Positions 35,430-38,828 of a stretch of DNA of 38,828 bases are shown here, one piece after another. Numbering within the stretch: the first letter of the stretch is position 1; every line of letters begins with the position of its first letter. Source of the stretch: a virus. Taxonomy: Duplodnaviria > Caudoviricetes. The position numbers were made by a program, and so were the translations under genes. The notes beneath the pieces were generated by a model. That model saw only the letters and a program-made list of their open reading frames with translations. It searched no databases and was not told the DNA's origin. Location: the IMG/VR virus record IMGVR_UViG_3300037046_000131, positions 1-38,828 of that record; one strand, given 5' to 3'.

Positions 35430-36943
35430 GCCACGACCTCCTGGGCTTCAGCGATCTCCTCGGCCAACGCCTTGATCCCGGTAGGCCGGAACGTGATGGA
35501 GACCACTTCCCGCGCGGCATCGAAGGCGACCCGCTCGACGAGCAGGCCGATGATGCGCTCCCGCTCCGGCGGGAACAGGCAAGACCAGACCTCGTCGAAC
35601 AATTGCAGCGCGCGGGCCAAGTCCCGGCGGTCGATCGACTGGCCTTCGAGGACGGCAAGCTCCTCAGCGATCTCCGCGAGACGCCCCTCAATCCTCCCTA
35701 CCTGGACCTCGTCGCTCCCGCGGTCCCGTAGGCGGATCAACTCCCGGTCGAGTCGTCGCCGTTCGGCAATCAACGCGGGCTGGCGTGTTGCCTTGATGGT
35801 CCGCAGCTGGGCAATCGTCTCCTGCAGCAGACCCGGATCGCGGCCGATGCAGGCGATCCGCTCAACGACGGCGGTTTCGATCTGACCGGCGGGCAGCGAA
35901 GGATGCAGGCAGGACTTCCACCCGTGCTTCGCGGCATTCCCGCAGACGTAGTACCGATGCACCCGCCCCTTGCGCCGGGTCACACTCGGCGACATCGCCG
36001 TCCCGCAGGCCGTGCAGTGCAGCAGCCCGCGCAGAAGATGCCCGTAGCGGTTTTTCGCCACTGCCCCTCCGCTGACGTTGTTCGCCGCCAGACGGGCTTG
36101 TACGCGGTCGTAGAGCGCCTGGTTGACGATGGCCGGGTGCTCGCCGGGGAAGACCTGACCGCGCAGGCCGACCTTCCCAACGTACAGGGGATTGGAGAGC
36201 AGTCGTGCGACATGGTTCTTGTCGAAGGCCACGCCCTCGTGGGGAGTGCCGTCCTTGGTTATCCAGGACTTGGTCAGCCACCCCCGGCGGTTCAGTTCGG
36301 CGGCGGTCGCTTGCTGCGACCCGACGTCCAGGTAGAGGTTGAAAATCTGCCGGACGGTCTCGGCCTCCTCCTCGTTGACTACGAGCTTCCCGCCGTCGGG
36401 GTGGACATCGTATCCGAGCACCGGGAACCCGCCCGTCCACTTCCCCTTCTTGCGGGCTGCCGCCATCTTGTCCCGCGTCCGGTCGGCGATCATCTCGCGC
36501 TCGAACTGGGCGAAGGACAACAGGACGTTCAGCATCAGCCGTCCGCTGGAGTCGGCCGTGTTGATCGGCTGGGTGACCGACACGAACATCACGTGGTGGC
36601 GGTCGAAGACCTCGATCAGGCGGGAGAAGTCGAGCAGGCTGCGGCTTAGGCGGTCGACTTTGTAGCAGACCACGGCGTCGACGAGCCCGGCCTCGATGTC
36701 GATCATCAGGCGCTTCAGCGCTGGACGGTTGATGTCGCCCCCGGAGTACCCACCGTCGTCGTAGCGGGCCTCCAGGCACGTCCAGCCCTCGTGCTTGCGG
36801 CTCAGGACGAAGGCCTCGCCAGCCTCACGCTGGGCGTCCAGGGAGTTGAACGCCATGTCGAGGCCCTCGTCGGTGGACTTGCGCGTGTAGATGGCGCAGC
36901 GGACGGGCCGGGTGGCGGTCGTGATGTCTTCGCGGCGCTTCAC
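35426..36943 (-). CDS. Large serine recombinase (resolvase, recombinase and zinc-ribbon domains)
   Basis: AIYTRKST, YKVDRLSR, FAQFEREMIADR, SNPLYVG, GEHPAIV, LLHCTACG...YYVC and a coiled coil. GTG 36943 with SD AAGGAG. Confidence 0.95.
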   Translation of the reverse strand: MKRREDITTATRPVRCAIYTRKSTDEGLDMAFNSLDAQREAGEAFVLSRKHEGWTCLEARYDDGGYSGGDINRPALKRLMIDIEAGLVDAVVCYKVDRLSRSLLDFSRLIEVFDRHHVMFVSVTQPINTADSSGRLMLNVLLSFAQFEREMIADRTRDKMAAARKKGKWTGGFPVLGYDVHPDGGKLVVNEEEAETVRQIFNLYLDVGSQQATAAELNRRGWLTKSWITKDGTPHEGVAFDKNHVARLLSNPLYVGKVGLRGQVFPGEHPAIVNQALYDRVQARLAANNVSGGAVAKNRYGHLLRGLLHCTACGTAMSPSVTRRKGRVHRYYVCGNAAKHGWKSCLHPSLPAGQIETAVVERIACIGRDPGLLQETIAQLRTIKATRQPALIAERRRLDRELIRLRDRGSDEVQVGRIEGRLAEIAEELAVLEGQSIDRRDLARALQLFDEVWSCLFPPERERIIGLLVERVAFDAAREVVSITFRPTGIKALAEEIAEAQEVVA

Positions 36944-37098
36944 GGCTTCTGCGGCTCCTTTGGGGCGGCTACCTGGACGGGTCGCTGCTCGACCAGCTTC
37001 TCCAGCAGGGCGTTCAGCCGGGCCAGTTCGCTGACCAGCCCTGGCATCGTGATGTCGAAGAACGTGCGCCCGGCGCGGGTGGCGTAGAACTCCTTCAC
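36940..37098 (-). CDS. Small protein (52 aa, MKEFYATRAGRTFFDITMPGLVSELARLN...)
   Basis: GTGA overlaps at both ends and SD AAGGAGG; missed by the ORF track. Confidence 0.75.
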   Translation of the reverse strand: MKEFYATRAGRTFFDITMPGLVSELARLNALLEKLVEQRPVQVAAPKEPQKP

Positions 37099-37610
37099 GG
37101 CTCGACCTCCTTCCTATTGGACAGTCCGAAGAACGCGACACCCGAGCAGTGGGAGCCGGTGACGGCCCTGGCGACCGCCGACAGGGACCGGTAGACCTCC
37201 CCGTTCCACTCGAACTCCCGGTCCCCGCGGACGTGGACCACAACGCGCCGGTCCTTGTAGTCGCGGGTCAGGGTGGTGCCGGGATTCGGCGATCGGGAAT
37301 CCCGGACTTGTCGCTTCCGGGTAGTTGGGGATGGGGCGGCCCCCTGGTTGTGCTTCGCCCCCTTGAACCACGAGGTCGGCGGCGTGGTGCGGAACTCCTC
37401 CTGCAGCTCGTGGAGCCGGGCCTTGGCTTCGGGCGACAGCTCGTCGCCGAAGTGGCGGCGCTGGAGTTCCCACGAGATCCGCTTGACGAGGTACTGCTTG
37501 TGCCGTTGGGTGGTCGGCTCGCCGAAGACCTCCTGCCAGCGCTCGCGCAGCTCGGCGACTGACAGGTGGGTCAGGGCGACGACCTGGGCGGCGATCGACG
37601 GCTCGGCCAT
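37095..37610 (-). CDS. DUF2924 family protein (171 aa)
   Basis: Full-length paralog of 1-496; ATG 37610 overlaps the upstream TGA. Confidence 0.9.
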   Translation of the reverse strand: MAEPSIAAQVVALTHLSVAELRERWQEVFGEPTTQRHKQYLVKRISWELQRRHFGDELSPEAKARLHELQEEFRTTPPTSWFKGAKHNQGAAPSPTTRKRQVRDSRSPNPGTTLTRDYKDRRVVVHVRGDREFEWNGEVYRSLSAVARAVTGSHCSGVAFFGLSNRKEVEP

Positions 37611-37942
37611 CACTCGCCCTCCGCGGCCTTGGCCCCGGTCAGCTTGAAGAACACGGGGCCGCTGATCTGGTAGCCGACGATGTGGCGGGCCAGCCCGGAG
37701 ATACTCCTGTAAACCTCCCCCTCGTACTTGACGCCGCCCTCGACGACGGTCGCCTTGATCTGCTGGCCCTTGTAGGTGCGGGTCAGCACGGTGCCGACGG
37801 CGGGCAGCCGGGAGTCCGGGGCGGCGCGCTGGCGTGCGGGCTTCTGGGCGACGTCCTTCGCCGCCGGGCGCTTCCTGGTCGTGGGCTTGGGGTCCTTCGT
37901 GGAGCTGCGGGACGCCTTCTTCGTGGTCTTCTTGGTCGCCAT
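37610..37942 (-). CDS. Lys-rich protein with DUF2924 C-terminal-like domain
   Basis: Paralog of 496-795; DSRLPAVGTVLTRTYKG...YEGEVYRSISGLARHIVG; SD GGAGG. Confidence 0.85.
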   Translation of the reverse strand: MATKKTTKKASRSSTKDPKPTTRKRPAAKDVAQKPARQRAAPDSRLPAVGTVLTRTYKGQQIKATVVEGGVKYEGEVYRSISGLARHIVGYQISGPVFFKLTGAKAAEGE

Positions 37943-37972
37943 GATCCAGAACCTCCAGGTAGGTGTGTTGAC

Positions 37973-38194
37973 TCAGAGCCCCATGCTCTGGGCCAGCTGC
38001 TCGCTGTCGGCGGCGGGGGCCGTGGCGATGCATTGCAGCGCGATCTTGACCTCGGCCGCGAACTGGGTCGGCGACAGGCCGTCCAGGCAGCCGTGCTCCA
38101 AGCGCATCCAGCCCTCGACGTGGCGCGGATCGGCAGCACCGACGCGGCCCATGCGGGCCATGCCCTCGCGGATCATCTGCTGGTAGCCTGTCAT
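37973..38194 (-). CDS. Conserved hypothetical protein, paralog of 825-1046
   Basis: MTGYQQMIRE...DPRHVEGWMRLEH; ATGA overlap. Confidence 0.8.
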   Translation of the reverse strand: MTGYQQMIREGMARMGRVGAADPRHVEGWMRLEHGCLDGLSPTQFAAEVKIALQCIATAPAADSEQLAQSMGL

Positions 38195-38412
38195 CGCCCC
38201 GCCTCCTGGCCCTTGAGGTGGATCCTGGCGGCGGCCGGGAATCCGACCCACGCGCCGCTGCGGTCGACGCCGCGGTTGGCGAGTTCGCGGCGGGCCAAGG
38301 CCACCGGATCGATCGCGCCGGATTCGATCGCCAGGAGCAGGGCCGTCGAAGTGATCGAGAACAGGAAGTCGGGGTTCTCGTGGTCGGGGACGGGCGGCTT
38401 GCTGGTCGACAT
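38191..38412 (-). CDS. Conserved hypothetical protein, paralog of 1043-1264
   Basis: MSTSKPPVPDHENPDFLF...; SD AAGGAG. Confidence 0.8.
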   Translation of the reverse strand: MSTSKPPVPDHENPDFLFSITSTALLLAIESGAIDPVALARRELANRGVDRSGAWVGFPAAARIHLKGQEAGR

Positions 38413-38463
38413 GTAGAACTCCTTTCGGGGCAACGGGTTGTTGGCTTCCGACATGTCGATCTA

Positions 38464-38646
38464 TCACTCCGGGGCTGCCCTATAGCCAGGGGATAATGAA
38501 GAATTTGGTGGCTGTAACTGCGCGTTATCGCGCGAGTTAGCACTATAGGCGCGAATGAGCCGCAATACCCCCAGCGCCAGGATGCGAGCAAGCTCAACAA
38601 CCTGCTGGTCGGCCGACTCGTGCGATCTCGCCTTGCTTGGGCACAT
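38464..38646 (-). CDS. Small hypothetical protein, paralog of 1316-1510
   Basis: SD GGAGG; ELARILALGVLRL...YRAAPE. Confidence 0.65.
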   Translation of the reverse strand: MCPSKARSHESADQQVVELARILALGVLRLIRAYSANSRDNAQLQPPNSSLSPGYRAAPE

Positions 38647-38823
38647 AAGGACCTCCGTATAACGAAGAGGCCCCGAAAGTCAGCTCCAGGGGACAAGATT
38701 TCTGTTAACACGAGCGCTTTGTGGGCTAATCTAGAAATATGACCTCGAACGGGTGACGAGTAATGACGAACGGACTGCTGGAAGAGGGTCGAAGCAACCC
38801 AATTTATCAGGTAGGGAGGACTC

Positions 38824-38828
38824 ATGCC
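38824..38828 (+). CDS. Probable start of the first rightward gene of element 2 (truncated by window)
   Basis: GGGAGGA-ctc-ATG at the position equivalent to gene 1621 of element 1; only five coding bases are visible. Confidence 0.35.

Larger units (their letters stand above)
35130..38828. mobile_element. Left arm of related integrative element 2 (continues off window)
   Basis: Serine recombinase operon plus five genes homologous to 1-1510. Confidence 0.85.

Noticed and set aside
35426-37243. 605-aa version of the serine recombinase
   Set aside because: The N-terminal extension overlaps two other genes; the SD and GTGA coupling indicate a start at 36943.
37095-38825. 576-aa ORF as one protein
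   Set aside because: Only the last 171 codons are DUF2924; the rest overlaps, out of frame, four genes conserved in copy 1.

Overview
A GC-rich phage-derived integrative element (1-15460) is followed by about 20 kb of mixed, partly AT-rich cargo (15.5-35.1 kb) and then the left arm of a second, related but diverged element (35130-38828). Window position 1 corresponds to position 37115. Element 1 has a leftward DUF2924 operon, and the copy in element 2 continues into a large serine recombinase. Rightward it has a putative winged-helix regulator, a Mu Com-like zinc ribbon, an ECF-like sigma factor, AAA_24/DUF669/ERCC4/primase replication genes, an iteron-type origin around a 52-bp alternating purine-pyrimidine tract, a ParB-methyltransferase, a terS-like gene, an antisense tyrosine recombinase and an atypical terminase large subunit. 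No portal, capsid or tail genes are present. The cargo has secreted proteins (ASPIC/UnbV giant, FlgD-Ig tails, beta-helix, LamG, FN3 lipoprotein), a tRNA-Asn-like 3' fragment that may be an att site, a histone-like DNA-binding protein, and a defence cluster (HEPN, DUF262 + HEPN, restriction-modification pair). The most notable inference is a regulatory cascade readable in the DNA. It consists of 11-bp-phased GTCCC boxes, a Com-like protein, a hairpin burying the sigma start codon, and three TGTCCS-N17-CCCCTWA promoters in front of both the leftward and the replication operons. All family assignments come from motif recognition by eye; no database searches were run.
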